A DNA stretch of 64,000 nt from Gammaproteobacteria bacterium (lineage in GTDB: Bacteria; Pseudomonadota; Gammaproteobacteria; Ga0077536). The stretch covers positions 30,867 to 94,866 of the forward strand of contig SHZJ01000007.1 of assembly GCA_009692365.1 (NCBI GenBank), read 5' to 3'. Position 1 is the stretch's first letter. The number at the start of each line of letters is the position of its first letter. A program made the position numbers and the translations under genes. Shown in pieces: positions 1 to 9,390 of this stretch. The notes under the pieces are model-generated. The model was not told where the DNA came from. It did no database searches and saw only the letters and a list, made by a program, of their open reading frames with translations.

Positions 1-1094
1 TGGCGAGTTGGCTGCCCAGACAGAAATGTACCCGCCGCCAAAGGCGCGCTGGCCCGCTTTGGCACGTTGAATATTGAAGGCGTCGGGGTCGTCAAAATGT
101 CGGGGATCAGGGTTGCCCGTCGCCAGCATCAGCCACAAAACCGCCTGCGCGGGCAGCTGTGTGCCGGCTAGTTCATAAGGTGCTTTGAGCAGCCGCCAGT
201 TGAACAGGATAGGCGTGTCGTAGCGAAGGCACGCCTCTACTGCCGGCTGGATCAAACCCGGATCCGCGCGCCGCAACGCACGTTGTTGGGGGTGGTCCAG
301 AACCGCGCGCAGCCCATTGCCAATCAGGCCGAGGGTGGTTTCGTAGCCGGCGATAATAATGCCGATGGCCTGGCGGATGAGTTCGCCAGCGCGGAGTTTG
401 TCGCCCTGTTCCTCGGCCCGGATCAGCGCGCTGATGAGGTCAGCGCCTAAGCGCTGCCGCCGCTCGCGCACCAGCACCGCAAAATAAGCGGCCATTGCGT
501 GACCCGCGTCGCGCGTACGCTGCTGGACCTCGGGGGGCAAAAACGCGCAGAGAAGGCATTGGTGCGTGCGGCGGTCCACTCGTTGCACAAGTCGCGAGCT
601 TGCAATGGCACGCCCATGATTCGGCACATCATGCGGGAGGGCAGGTGGTGAGCAAGGTCTGCCACGATTTCCATGCGGCCCTGTTTGAGCGCTTGGTCCA
701 TGGCCCGGGTGACCGATTGCGCCACCTCTGCCGCCATTTGGCGCGCGGTGTTGTGAGCGCGGGATTGCATCGCCAGACGCCGTCGGCGCACGGGCGCCGG
801 ACCGTCTTGCTTGAGCATGCATTCTAAGCAGCTGCCGCGGGTGTCTTCAGGGTCAAAATTGGGCGCCGGGCCGGCGGCCAACGTCATGCTCGTTTGGGCT
901 TTTTTGAAAGTGGTCGCGACGGCGTCATAGCGACTCATCCGCCCCGTCCCGAGCGGCGTGAGGTTCCCCGGGTGGCGTTCGCGCAGCTGGTTGAGTGCGG
1001 GATAGGGGTTGTCCCGGAAGTCCGGCGCGAAGGGGTCCGCACCACCCCAGTCACCGGCAGAGCGCGCGAGGTCGCCATCAGGTTGTTTGCTGAT
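1..1094 (-). pseudogene. Cytochrome P450, disrupted and running off the window start (pseudogene or error-rich assembly)
   Basis: N-terminal DPFAPDFRDNPYP in ORF 447..1124. After a 1-nt loss in the A-run at 539-543 the other frame reads LISALIRAEEQGDKL...IIIAGYETT (I-helix), VEACLRYD (ExxR broken) and FDDPDAF. The heme motif FGGG-VHFCLG needs a second 1-nt shift near nt 30. The codon 7 nt after the AAGGGGAG RBS is ATC, not ATG. Confidence 0.8.
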
Positions 1095-1249
1095 TCTCGT
1101 TCTCCCCTTGGCGGGGTGGCGCATTTCTGATTGCGGTGAGGGGGCCAGGCAGGTCTCGTTATTGGCACGGGTGGTGCGAACCCGGTACTGAATTCTATCT
1201 GCTGCGCTCCGCTGCGGGCCGGGTCTGGTGAGTCGCTGACGACCAAGGA

Positions 1250-2686
1250 TTACCCGAGTCCGGCGTCTTGCAAGAGCGCACCGAAGCGTTGCGATGCGGC
1301 AAAATCGTGGATGCGCGGCAGGCGTGCCGAACTCAGCGTGAGACCGGGCAGGTGCGCCAAGAGCGCGGCCATTTGCTGCTGCGCCGCTTTTATTTCGCCG
1401 CTCGCGGCCTGTAGCCCGATCAGCACCAACACGTTGCGCGGCACCTCCGGGGCATCTTCACACAGGCTAATCGCAAGCTGTTTTCCTGCCGCAATATCGC
1501 CAATCAACCAGTGAGCTACCGCCAGTTCTCGCCGCCAGCGCAGCTGGCTTGCGTCCTCCGCGCCGGCAGCCATGGCGTTGCGTAGCTGGCTTAGGCCGAT
1601 GTCTGCCGCTCCCAGATGCAGGTCGCAAATGGCTAGCAGCGCCAAGGCCGGCGCAAAGTGGCCGTTTTGCGCGAGGGCCTCGCTTGCCAGTTGCCGGGCG
1701 ACGCGAAAATCGCCCTGTACATCCTGCGCCACGAGCGCCTTCACCGTGCGTGCAACATAACTACGCGGATCCAGAGCCACCCCCCGATTGGCCTGTACTA
1801 GCATTTCTGCGCTGGCGTGCGGGGCCAAGGCTAGGGGCTCGTATTCCGCCACCCGCAACAACGCAAAGCCCAACATGCTGTGGGCCATTGCGTTATCAGG
1901 GTCGCGCGCGACCGCTGCGCGCAGGCTTGCCACCGCGAGTCCACGGCGCTCCAAGGCGGCCATATGGAAAATGCCGGCGGCCTTGTTTAAGAGTTCCGGC
2001 ACGCTGAGGTTGGCATCCTCGGTGTCGCGCAGTTGGCTGAATAACGCTGCTTTGATGCGACTGCGGACGGCGCCGGTGACGGACAGCACGATGGCGTCTT
2101 CGAGACCAAACAAATCTTCCAGTTCGCGGTCGAACCGTTCGGCCCAGAGCTTGGTCGACGAGCAGCATTCCACGAGAGTGAAGGATAGCCACAGCCGGTT
2201 GCCGGCAGACTGAATAGCGCCTTGGACGACAAAGTCGGCATTTCCGGCCTCTGCAGACAGGACCGTGATAGCCGAATTACGCACCAGCACGCCGTCGATC
2301 TCCGCTCTGATTCCTTCGGCAAGGGCTTTAACGTTGTCATTGTCGCTGAGGACTCGAAAAGGCTGGACTTGAATATGTGGTGGGTTCCGATGGCGGGCCG
2401 GCGGTGCGCCCGCGGTGGGGCTAAGCGTGGGATGGCTGGGTATGGGCGCAATTTTGGGCGGGGTGCGGCGGAGGCCTTCGGGGGTCATTTCGAGCGCCCA
2501 AGCGACCAGCAGTATGAGCGGGAAACCTGCGGCCAGAATCAGGAACAAGCAAGGGTTCAGCCAACGTGGTAGTTCAAAGGCATCAACCAGGGGCGGAAAA
2601 ACTTGCACTAACGCGAAAGCCGCAGCGCAGTAAACGCTCCCAATTTTAATGACATTGCGTCGTTTCAATTCTCCGAAGAAGCTCAC
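1250..2686 (-). CDS. TolB-like/TPR membrane protein (adenylate-cyclase-associated architecture, no cyclase domain seen)
   Basis: Typical start SFFGELKRRNV, two TM helices ending GFPLILLVAWALEMTPEGL, TolB-N-like LWAERFDRELEDLFGLED, then Ala-rich TPR-like helices. Start moved to GTG 2686. Confidence 0.7.
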   Translation of the reverse strand: MSFFGELKRRNVIKIGSVYCAAAFALVQVFPPLVDAFELPRWLNPCLFLILAAGFPLILLVAWALEMTPEGLRRTPPKIAPIPSHPTLSPTAGAPPARHRNPPHIQVQPFRVLSDNDNVKALAEGIRAEIDGVLVRNSAITVLSAEAGNADFVVQGAIQSAGNRLWLSFTLVECCSSTKLWAERFDRELEDLFGLEDAIVLSVTGAVRSRIKAALFSQLRDTEDANLSVPELLNKAAGIFHMAALERRGLAVASLRAAVARDPDNAMAHSMLGFALLRVAEYEPLALAPHASAEMLVQANRGVALDPRSYVARTVKALVAQDVQGDFRVARQLASEALAQNGHFAPALALLAICDLHLGAADIGLSQLRNAMAAGAEDASQLRWRRELAVAHWLIGDIAAGKQLAISLCEDAPEVPRNVLVLIGLQAASGEIKAAQQQMAALLAHLPGLTLSSARLPRIHDFAASQRFGALLQDAGLG

Positions 2687-3076
2687 CACGCCCCCGTGAA
2701 CATCGTAGTTTGATTGCCTGTAAGAGATGGTAAGTAGCACAAGGCGTCGGTCACAGCTAGTCCGGTTGCGGTGTGCCGCGAAAAGCTCAACGGTGGCGTG
2801 GTCGGAACGTCACGTGGAGTGGCGAGAGCCGACATTGCGCGCGATCGCTGGGGGCCCAAATTGGGGCCAGAGGACTGCGCTGCGGGTCGCCGCCAGTCAA
2901 CGGCGCGGCGGGGCGCGACCTCGGGAACGCGAGGCGCTGGCGGGTGAATGCACTGCCCGCTAATCGGCAAGCAGGATAAAGCTATCCTAAAAAAGCCAAA
3001 GTTGTTTAAGGTGGTCAACACGCCCGCGAGCATGCTCGTGCCCGGGCCGGTAGAAGAACCGTAACTCGGGGAAATT

Positions 3077-4474
3077 ATGCGCCAACAAATCCACCTGAAC
3101 GCCTTCACGCAATGTTGTATCGGGCATCATTCCATTGGGCAGTGGAAACACCCGTTAGACCGGCCCTTAGATGGCTATCGCAGCGTCCATTATTGGCAGG
3201 ATTTGGCGCGGGTCCTGGAGGCGGGGTTTTTTGACACCCTGTTTCTAGCCGACGTCCACGGCACCTACAGCGTCTATCGTGGCTCGCGTGACGCCGCCGT
3301 GCGCCACGGCACGCAATTTCCGAGCAACGACCCTACGCTCGTCATCGCAGCGATGGCCGCCACCACCCGCTATCTGGGGTTCGCCAGCACCTTTAGCACC
3401 ACCTATTTTCCGCCCTATCACACCGCCAAGCTGTTCTCCACGCTCGACCATCTCACCGATGGGCGGGTGGCCTGGAATATCGTCACCTCCTATCTGGCGG
3501 ACGCCAATGCCAACTTTGGTCTGAGCGAGATGATGCCCCACGACCAGCGCTATGAGCGTGCCGACGAATATATGGAAGTGTGCTATCAGCTGTGGGAGCA
3601 CTCGTGGGAAGAAGACGCGATGGTGCGTGACCACGCGACCGATACGCTGATCGACCCTAGCAAAGTGCATGAGATTAATTTCAACGGGCAATACTTCAAC
3701 GTGCCGGGGCCGCATATGTGCGAACCCTCACCGCAACGCACGCCGGTCTTGTATCAAGCCGGTGCGTCTGGTCGGGGCTTACGTTTTGCAGCTCGCCACG
3801 CCGAAGCCATCTTTGCGATGGATCCCACTATCCCAGCCTGCCGGGCCGCCATTGAACGCCTGACGCAAGCCCTGCAGGCCGAGGGTCGACAACGTGAGGA
3901 GGTTAAATACTTCCCCGGCATCACGGTGATTGTGGCCCCCACCGACGCTGAGGCGCAGTTGAAGCTCGAAACCTGTCAACAATTTGGCAGCCCGGAAGGA
4001 TCGCTAGCCCTGTACTGTGGCTGGGTCGGCATTGATCTGGCCCAGCTCGAATCGGGCAAAGCCCTCAAGGACATGAAAACCGACGCCATTCAAAGTCTGT
4101 TGGCTAATTTCTCCCTCATTGATGCCAACCGGGAATGGTCGCTGGCTGAAATCGCCGATTATCTGGCGACCGGCAGCCTCATGCCCAAGATCGTCGGCAG
4201 CCCGCAGACCGTCGCCGACGAACTAGAACGTTGGATGGACGAAACCGGTTGCGATGGCTTCAACCTGGTACCCGTGACGCAGCCGCAGGGTTTCGCCGAT
4301 TTCGCCGATTTGGTGGTGCCAGAATTACAGCGCCGCGGCCGGCTGCGCACGCGCTATGAAGGGGAGACCCTGCGCGAACGCTATTTCGGGGTGGGGAAGC
4401 CGCGGCTGAATCCACAGCATTGTGCGTATCGTAGTCTGCCGCCGTGGAAGCGCGGCGGGGCGCCCCCGGACTAA
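3077..4474 (+). CDS. NtaA/DmoA/DszA-family FMNH2-dependent (LLM class) monooxygenase
   Basis: Motifs FDTLFLADV, STLDHLTDGRVAWNIVTS, HDQRYERADEY, PSPQRTPVLYQAGASGRG, VVPELQRRG. Confidence 0.92.
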   Translation: MRQQIHLNAFTQCCIGHHSIGQWKHPLDRPLDGYRSVHYWQDLARVLEAGFFDTLFLADVHGTYSVYRGSRDAAVRHGTQFPSNDPTLVIAAMAATTRYLGFASTFSTTYFPPYHTAKLFSTLDHLTDGRVAWNIVTSYLADANANFGLSEMMPHDQRYERADEYMEVCYQLWEHSWEEDAMVRDHATDTLIDPSKVHEINFNGQYFNVPGPHMCEPSPQRTPVLYQAGASGRGLRFAARHAEAIFAMDPTIPACRAAIERLTQALQAEGRQREEVKYFPGITVIVAPTDAEAQLKLETCQQFGSPEGSLALYCGWVGIDLAQLESGKALKDMKTDAIQSLLANFSLIDANREWSLAEIADYLATGSLMPKIVGSPQTVADELERWMDETGCDGFNLVPVTQPQGFADFADLVVPELQRRGRLRTRYEGETLRERYFGVGKPRLNPQHCAYRSLPPWKRGGAPPD

Positions 4475-4651
4475 ACGCCGCAGTGGGGTCACGGCGACGG
4501 CACGCCCCCGCCTGCGCCGCCGCGCTCGCACGACATCCCCCGCAACAGCCCCGCGACATCCTCGGTGAGGCGCACTCCCGCACGCCCAGCGTGCGCCGCC
4601 GCTCGTTCACCTGCGCCGTGCAGGCCACGCAGCCGCCGCGCGAACCCGCCC

Positions 4652-5998
4652 TCAGGGTCGGCGGAACGCGGCCCCGGGATGGCGCGGCGAGAGGGTCGGG
4701 TGGCCAAAAATTTTCTGGCGCAACGGGCCCGGGCCGTACTCGGTCTGCATCAAGCCGCGAGTTTTCAGGATTGGCGCGACCCCCTGAATGAAATCCACGA
4801 AAGTCCCGGGCGTGGTGGTGTAAACGAGATTAAAGCCATCCACCCCCGACGCGCCGAGTGCCGTGAGCCGGTCAGCAATTTGCTCGGCGCTGCCCACCAG
4901 CCATTGGCCGCTCATCTGCTGGCGTGCCAAATCCCCGAACGTCAAACACCCGTCCGGCGCGCGCGCGGCGGCGCTCTTCAAGAAGCCTAAGACCCCGTTG
5001 AATTCAAAGTCGGCGATGGATTGGGCGGGATCAAAGGCACTGAGGTCGGCACCCAAATGGCCACTTAGGTGGGCAAGTCCTCCTTCCAAAGAAAGCTGCT
5101 GGCGCAAATCCTCGGCCTTTGCGTGAGCCTCGGCCTCGGTGCCACCGATCACCAAGGACACCGCAAGACACATTTTGAGGTCCTCTGGGCGACGTCCATA
5201 ACGGGCCGCGCGCGCCCGGATATCGGCCATTAACTCGCTGCGGCCGCCGCCCGCGATGAACACACATTCGGCGTGGCGGGCGGCAAATTCACGACCGCGT
5301 TCGGAAGAACCCGCCTGAAACAGCACCGGCGTGCGCTGCGGCGAGGGTTCGCACAGATGCGGGCCGGGGACCTCGTAGTAGGGGCCGCGATGGTTGATGA
5401 GGTGGACCTTACTGGGGTCGGCGTAAACCCCGCGCACCCGGTCGCGAACCACCGCGTCGTCTTCCCAACTGGCTTCCCAGAGCTTGTAGAGGACCTCTAG
5501 GTAATCGTCGCCGCGCGCATAGCGATCGTCGTGCGCAGGCAACTCCCCGAAGCCCAGATTGCGCGCGGCGTTCGGTAGGTACGAGGTCACCACGTTCCAG
5601 GCCAGGCGACCCTGAGTCAGGTGGTCGAGGGTTGAGGCACGGCGCGCGAAGTTGAACGGGTGTTCGGCAAAAATAGAACCGGTGTAGGCGAAGCCCAGGT
5701 GTTCGGTGGCGTGCGCCAGCGCCGGAATGAGCAAGCTGGGATCGTTGACGGGGATCTGCATCCCCTCGCGAATTGCGGTCTCCGGGCCCCCTTTATAAAT
5801 GTCGTAGACCCCGACCACATCGGCCAGGAACAACGAATCAAACTTGGCCTGCTCGAGAAGTTTCGCCAGTTCCACCCAAGGCTCGAGTGAGGTGTAGTCC
5901 AGTTGGCGGGAGGTGGCGTCGCGCCACAGACCATGATGAATATGCGACACGCAGTTCATCGAAAAAGCATTGAACAATAGTCGCCGTGGCGGCGTCAT
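4652..5998 (-). CDS. Second NtaA/DmoA/DszA-family FMNH2-dependent monooxygenase
   Basis: FDSLFLADV, STLDHLTQGRLAWNVVTS, HDDRYARGDDY, PSPQRTPVLFQAGSSERG. Start placed at ATG 5998 by alignment to its paralogue. Confidence 0.92.
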   Translation of the reverse strand: MTPPRRLLFNAFSMNCVSHIHHGLWRDATSRQLDYTSLEPWVELAKLLEQAKFDSLFLADVVGVYDIYKGGPETAIREGMQIPVNDPSLLIPALAHATEHLGFAYTGSIFAEHPFNFARRASTLDHLTQGRLAWNVVTSYLPNAARNLGFGELPAHDDRYARGDDYLEVLYKLWEASWEDDAVVRDRVRGVYADPSKVHLINHRGPYYEVPGPHLCEPSPQRTPVLFQAGSSERGREFAARHAECVFIAGGGRSELMADIRARAARYGRRPEDLKMCLAVSLVIGGTEAEAHAKAEDLRQQLSLEGGLAHLSGHLGADLSAFDPAQSIADFEFNGVLGFLKSAAARAPDGCLTFGDLARQQMSGQWLVGSAEQIADRLTALGASGVDGFNLVYTTTPGTFVDFIQGVAPILKTRGLMQTEYGPGPLRQKIFGHPTLSPRHPGAAFRRP

Positions 5999-6181
5999 GA
6001 GGGGCGGTGGCGGCGTGGGTTGGGCCGGTGAGTCATACGGGATGCTGCCTTGGGTGACCTCGGGTCGGGATAGCCGCACCGGGGATGGCGTGCGGCGGCG
6101 GGCGGCACGGGCTTGGCCGCGTGTCGCCGCACCAGGACCCGTTCCACCCCACGCTTATCTCCTCCTCGCGCGCGCTGTCGG

Positions 6182-6697
6182 CTACTCCTCCAGCAGGCTA
6201 CGCAGCATCCATGCGGTTTTTTCATGGACGTCCAGCCGCTGGGTGAGGAGGTCCATGGTGGGTTGGTCGCGGGCCCGCTCGACCACGCTGAACAGGGCGC
6301 GCGCGGTGCGGGCGGTGGCCTCTTGGGCGCGCACCAGATGGGTCACCATCTCCAACGCCTTGGGCACTCCTGCGACTTCGCGCACCGAGGCTAAGGCAAC
6401 AAATTCCTGGTAGGTGCCCGGCGCCGGGAAGCCCAGCGCGCGGATCCGTTCGGCGATGAGGTCTAGTGCGGTCCATTGCTCGGTGTATTGGCCCATGAAC
6501 ATGAGATGCAGGGTATTGAACATCGGGCCGGTCACGTTCCAATGAAAATTATGCGTCATCAAATACAGGGTGTAGCTGTCGGCGAGCAGCCCCGCCAAGC
6601 CATCAGCGATGGTGCGGCGAGCAGCCGCAGAGATGCCGATGTCGATGACAGTGGTGGACGACTTGCGGGTGGTGGGGGATTTTTTCTTTGCGGGCAT
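6182..6697 (-). CDS. dps: Dps DNA-protection ferritin-like protein
   Basis: THNFHWNVTGPMFNTLHLMF, DLIAERIRALG, HEKTAWMLRS. Lys-rich N-terminus MPAKKKSPTTRKS; ATG at 6697. Confidence 0.95.
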   Translation of the reverse strand: MPAKKKSPTTRKSSTTVIDIGISAAARRTIADGLAGLLADSYTLYLMTHNFHWNVTGPMFNTLHLMFMGQYTEQWTALDLIAERIRALGFPAPGTYQEFVALASVREVAGVPKALEMVTHLVRAQEATARTARALFSVVERARDQPTMDLLTQRLDVHEKTAWMLRSLLEE

Positions 6698-6825
6698 GCT
6701 GTGAGAAATCCGGGTAGGGGCGCCTCGAGGCCGCGATGCGACCTTTCTGCACGGGGTGGCTGAGGGGCCAAGATATCCCAACAGGGCGACCACCTCCAGC
6801 GGGAAAAGTGACCGCTTCGGCGCAT

Positions 6826-6859
6826 AAAAAAACCCCAACGAGGACTCATTGAGGTTTTG
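6826..6859 (-). terminator. Intrinsic terminator after tRNA-Ala
   Basis: Minus strand AAAACCTCAATGAG-TC-CTCGTTGGGGTTTT followed by more T: hairpin with G-U pairs plus U-tract directly after the CCA end. Confidence 0.7.
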
Positions 6860-6862
6860 AAT

Positions 6863-6938
6863 TGGTGGAGCTGAGGGGGATCGAACCCCTGACCTCTGCA
6901 TTGCGAACGCAGCGCTCTCCCAGCTGAGCTACAGCCCC
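6863..6938 (-). tRNA. tRNA-Ala (anticodon CGC)
   Basis: Reverse complement GGGGCTGTAGCTCAGCTGGGAGAGCGCTGCGTTCGCAATGCAGAGGTCAGGGGTTCGATCCCCCTCAGCTCCACCA: 76 nt, G3:U70 Ala identity pair, TTCGA T-loop, encoded CCA. Confidence 0.97.
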
Positions 6939-7063
6939 ACGCGGGTAAGGGGCGGAAGTCTAACGGGCTGCTGCGTGCAACGCTAGCCTAGCGGGTGTCC
7001 AATGCGTTGCGGCTGCGTGGGCAGTGGTGACATGATGCGCTCAGTGTCCGTTGAGTTTTGAAC

Positions 7064-8041
7064 ATGGCTGCAACCTCCCCCCGACTGGGCCGAGGGCCGA
7101 CCCCGCCCGTGTTTCCCGCCCTGCAGCGCGCTGCGCTCACCACGCTGCAGGTAAATTTAGGCTATCGGTGCAATCAGGCCTGCCACCATTGCCATGTGGA
7201 TGCGGGGCCGTTGCGGACCGAGGAAATGACCGCAGAGACTGCCAGTCTGGCGCTGTCGTTTGCACTGGCGGCCGGGGTGAGCACGCTGGATATTACCGGT
7301 GGGGCGCCCGAGCTGAATGGGTGTTTTCGCCCCCTGGTGCGGGCCGCTCGCGCGGCGGGATTGCGCGTGATCGACCGTTGCAATCTCACGATCCTCGAGG
7401 AGCCGGGGCAAGCCGATCTGGCTAATTTTTTGGCGCAAGAGCAGGTGCACGTGGTGGCGTCGCTGCCGTGCTATGGGCCAGAGAACGTCGATATTCAACG
7501 TGGTAAAGGCGTGTTCGAGAAAAGCATCCGTGCGCTGCGCACCCTCAATGGGCTGGGTTACGGCATCCACGAGAACGGCTTGACCTTGGATTTGGTCTAC
7601 AACCCACTGGGTCCCAGCCTGCCGCCGCCCCAGGCGAGCTTAGAGGCGACCTATCGCACGGCGCTGGCCGCGAGCTACGGCGTTTATTTCAATCGGCTGC
7701 TAACCCTGGCCAATATGCCCATTGCCCGTTTCCGGCACGCGCTGGAGCGCGACGGGCATTACGCAGATTATTTGCACTTGCTGGTGGCGAATCATCGGGA
7801 GGAGAATCTGGCCAATGTCATGTGTCGTAGCCTGCTGAGCGTTGATTGGCGCGGCTATGTCTACGACTGCGACTTTAATCAAATGCTGGGAATGCCCGCC
7901 GGCGAGACCGGTGCGCCCAGACATCTTTCAAGCCTCTTGGCGGGAACTCTCACCGGCCAGCCTATTGCAGTGGGGACCCACTGTTTTGGTTGCACCGCGG
8001 GTCACGGCAGCAGTTGCGGGGGCGCGCTGAGTCGCGCCTGA
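7064..8041 (+). CDS. arsS: Radical SAM protein with Cys-rich C-terminus, ArsS (arsenosugar biosynthesis)/DUF3641 type
   Basis: LQVNLGYRCNQACHHCH (CxxxCxxC), DITGGAPEL, MCRSLLSVDWRGYVYDCDFNQML, HCFGCTAGHGSSCGG. Confidence 0.88.
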   Translation: MAATSPRLGRGPTPPVFPALQRAALTTLQVNLGYRCNQACHHCHVDAGPLRTEEMTAETASLALSFALAAGVSTLDITGGAPELNGCFRPLVRAARAAGLRVIDRCNLTILEEPGQADLANFLAQEQVHVVASLPCYGPENVDIQRGKGVFEKSIRALRTLNGLGYGIHENGLTLDLVYNPLGPSLPPPQASLEATYRTALAASYGVYFNRLLTLANMPIARFRHALERDGHYADYLHLLVANHREENLANVMCRSLLSVDWRGYVYDCDFNQMLGMPAGETGAPRHLSSLLAGTLTGQPIAVGTHCFGCTAGHGSSCGGALSRA

Positions 8042-8052
8042 CGCCACGGGCC

Positions 8053-8742
8053 GTGCCTGCGTTGCTCGCCCTTATCGTCCCGGTGCTCAACGAAGCGCAC
8101 GGCATCGTGGGCTTATTAACCCCACTCCAAGCCTGGCGCCAAGCGGGGGTAGAAATTCTCGTGGTGGACGGTGGCAGCACCGACGCCACGGTGGCGCACG
8201 CCACCGGTCTCGCCGATCAAGTACTGAGCGCCCCGCCCGGCCGCGCGGCGCAAATGAACGCAGGAGCGGCGGCGAGCCGCGCCAAGTTACTGCTGTTTCT
8301 GCATGCAGATACCACTCTGCCCGCCACGGCGCTGCCCGTGCTGTGCCAACTCGCGGCAGGCGTCGCCCCGCTGTGGGGGCGTTTCGATGTGCGGTTGGCT
8401 AGCCCGCGTGCGCTGTTGTGGCTGGTCGGCACGCTGATGAATCTGCGCTCGCGCATCACCGGTATCGCCACCGGCGACCAAGCCATGTTTGTGAGCCGCG
8501 AGCTGTTTACGGCCTGCGGCGGATTTCCGCTCATTCCCCTGATGGAAGACCTCGCGCTGTCGGCCAAGTTGCGCCGCGAACTGGCGCCGCTAGCGTTGCG
8601 TTTGCGGGTGCTGACTTCTGCGCGCCGCTGGGAGCAAAGGGGTGCGTGGGGCACCATCGGGCTGATGTGGGGGCTACGCTTGGCGTATTTTTTGGGCGTA
8701 CCACCCAGCCGCCTAGCCCATTGGTATCGTCAAGTACGATGA
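8053..8742 (+). CDS. GT2-fold glycosyltransferase, TIGR04283-like (rSAM/arsenosugar-associated)
   Basis: IVPVLNEA, VVDGGSTD, GRAAQMNAGA, LLFLHADT, ATGDQAMF, PLMEDLALS, TSARRW; follows arsS. Confidence 0.88.
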   Translation: MPALLALIVPVLNEAHGIVGLLTPLQAWRQAGVEILVVDGGSTDATVAHATGLADQVLSAPPGRAAQMNAGAAASRAKLLLFLHADTTLPATALPVLCQLAAGVAPLWGRFDVRLASPRALLWLVGTLMNLRSRITGIATGDQAMFVSRELFTACGGFPLIPLMEDLALSAKLRRELAPLALRLRVLTSARRWEQRGAWGTIGLMWGLRLAYFLGVPPSRLAHWYRQVR

Positions 8743-9377
8743 GTGCGGCGCGCACCGCGCTGATTGTCTTTGCCCGCGCGCCGCGTCTAGGCGCGGTCAA
8801 AACCCGCCTCGCGGCGGGGCTGGGTGCGAGCGGGGCGGTGGACATTTATGCCGCTCTGCTGGGCCATGCGTTGCGTCTGGCCGGGCAATGGCCGGGGCCG
8901 CGCTACTTGGCCTGCGCCGATCCGCCCTCACACGCCTATTTCGCGCAACTGCCCGCTGCGGCCAGTTTTGCATTAGTCCTGCAGCGGGGGCGAGATTTGG
9001 GCACGCGCATGCGGGCGGCCTTGGCCGACGCCTTGGCCTGCCACCCCAGTGCGCTGCTCATGGGCAGCGATGTGGTGGATAACCAGCTAGCGGACTTGCT
9101 GGCCGCTGGCGCGCATTTGCAGGGGGCTGGCGAGGTGGTGCTAGGGCCGGTGGCCGACGGGGGTTATTGGCTGATAGGGACGAAGCTGGACCAGCCGACA
9201 CTTTTTCAGTCGTTGCCGTGGGGGAGCTCACAGGTGTACGCGGGCACCCTGCAGCGCTGCTGCGCGCTGGGCCTAAGCGTCAGCGAGTTGCCCCTGCGGC
9301 ACGACATCGACCAGCCTGCCGATGTGCAACAGCACGCCGCAGCCCTGGCCGCCTTACCCCGTGTACCTCTGGCCTGA
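8739..9377 (+). CDS. DUF2064/TIGR04282-like transferase (rSAM/arsenosugar-associated)
   Basis: IVFARAPRLGAVKTRL, QRGRDLGTRM, LMGSD, VLGPVADGGYWLIG, DID. ATGA overlap with the upstream gene. Confidence 0.88.
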   Translation: MSAARTALIVFARAPRLGAVKTRLAAGLGASGAVDIYAALLGHALRLAGQWPGPRYLACADPPSHAYFAQLPAAASFALVLQRGRDLGTRMRAALADALACHPSALLMGSDVVDNQLADLLAAGAHLQGAGEVVLGPVADGGYWLIGTKLDQPTLFQSLPWGSSQVYAGTLQRCCALGLSVSELPLRHDIDQPADVQQHAAALAALPRVPLA

Positions 9378-9390
9378 AGGCTTGCACCGC

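Noticed and set aside
6698-6901. N-terminal extension of Dps in the ORF track
   Set aside because: It overlaps the tRNA and its terminator; the real start is ATG 6697.
1-6938. Genomic island integrated at tRNA-Ala
   Set aside because: No integrase or duplicated tRNA 3' end is visible; a normal terminator and dps follow the tRNA.
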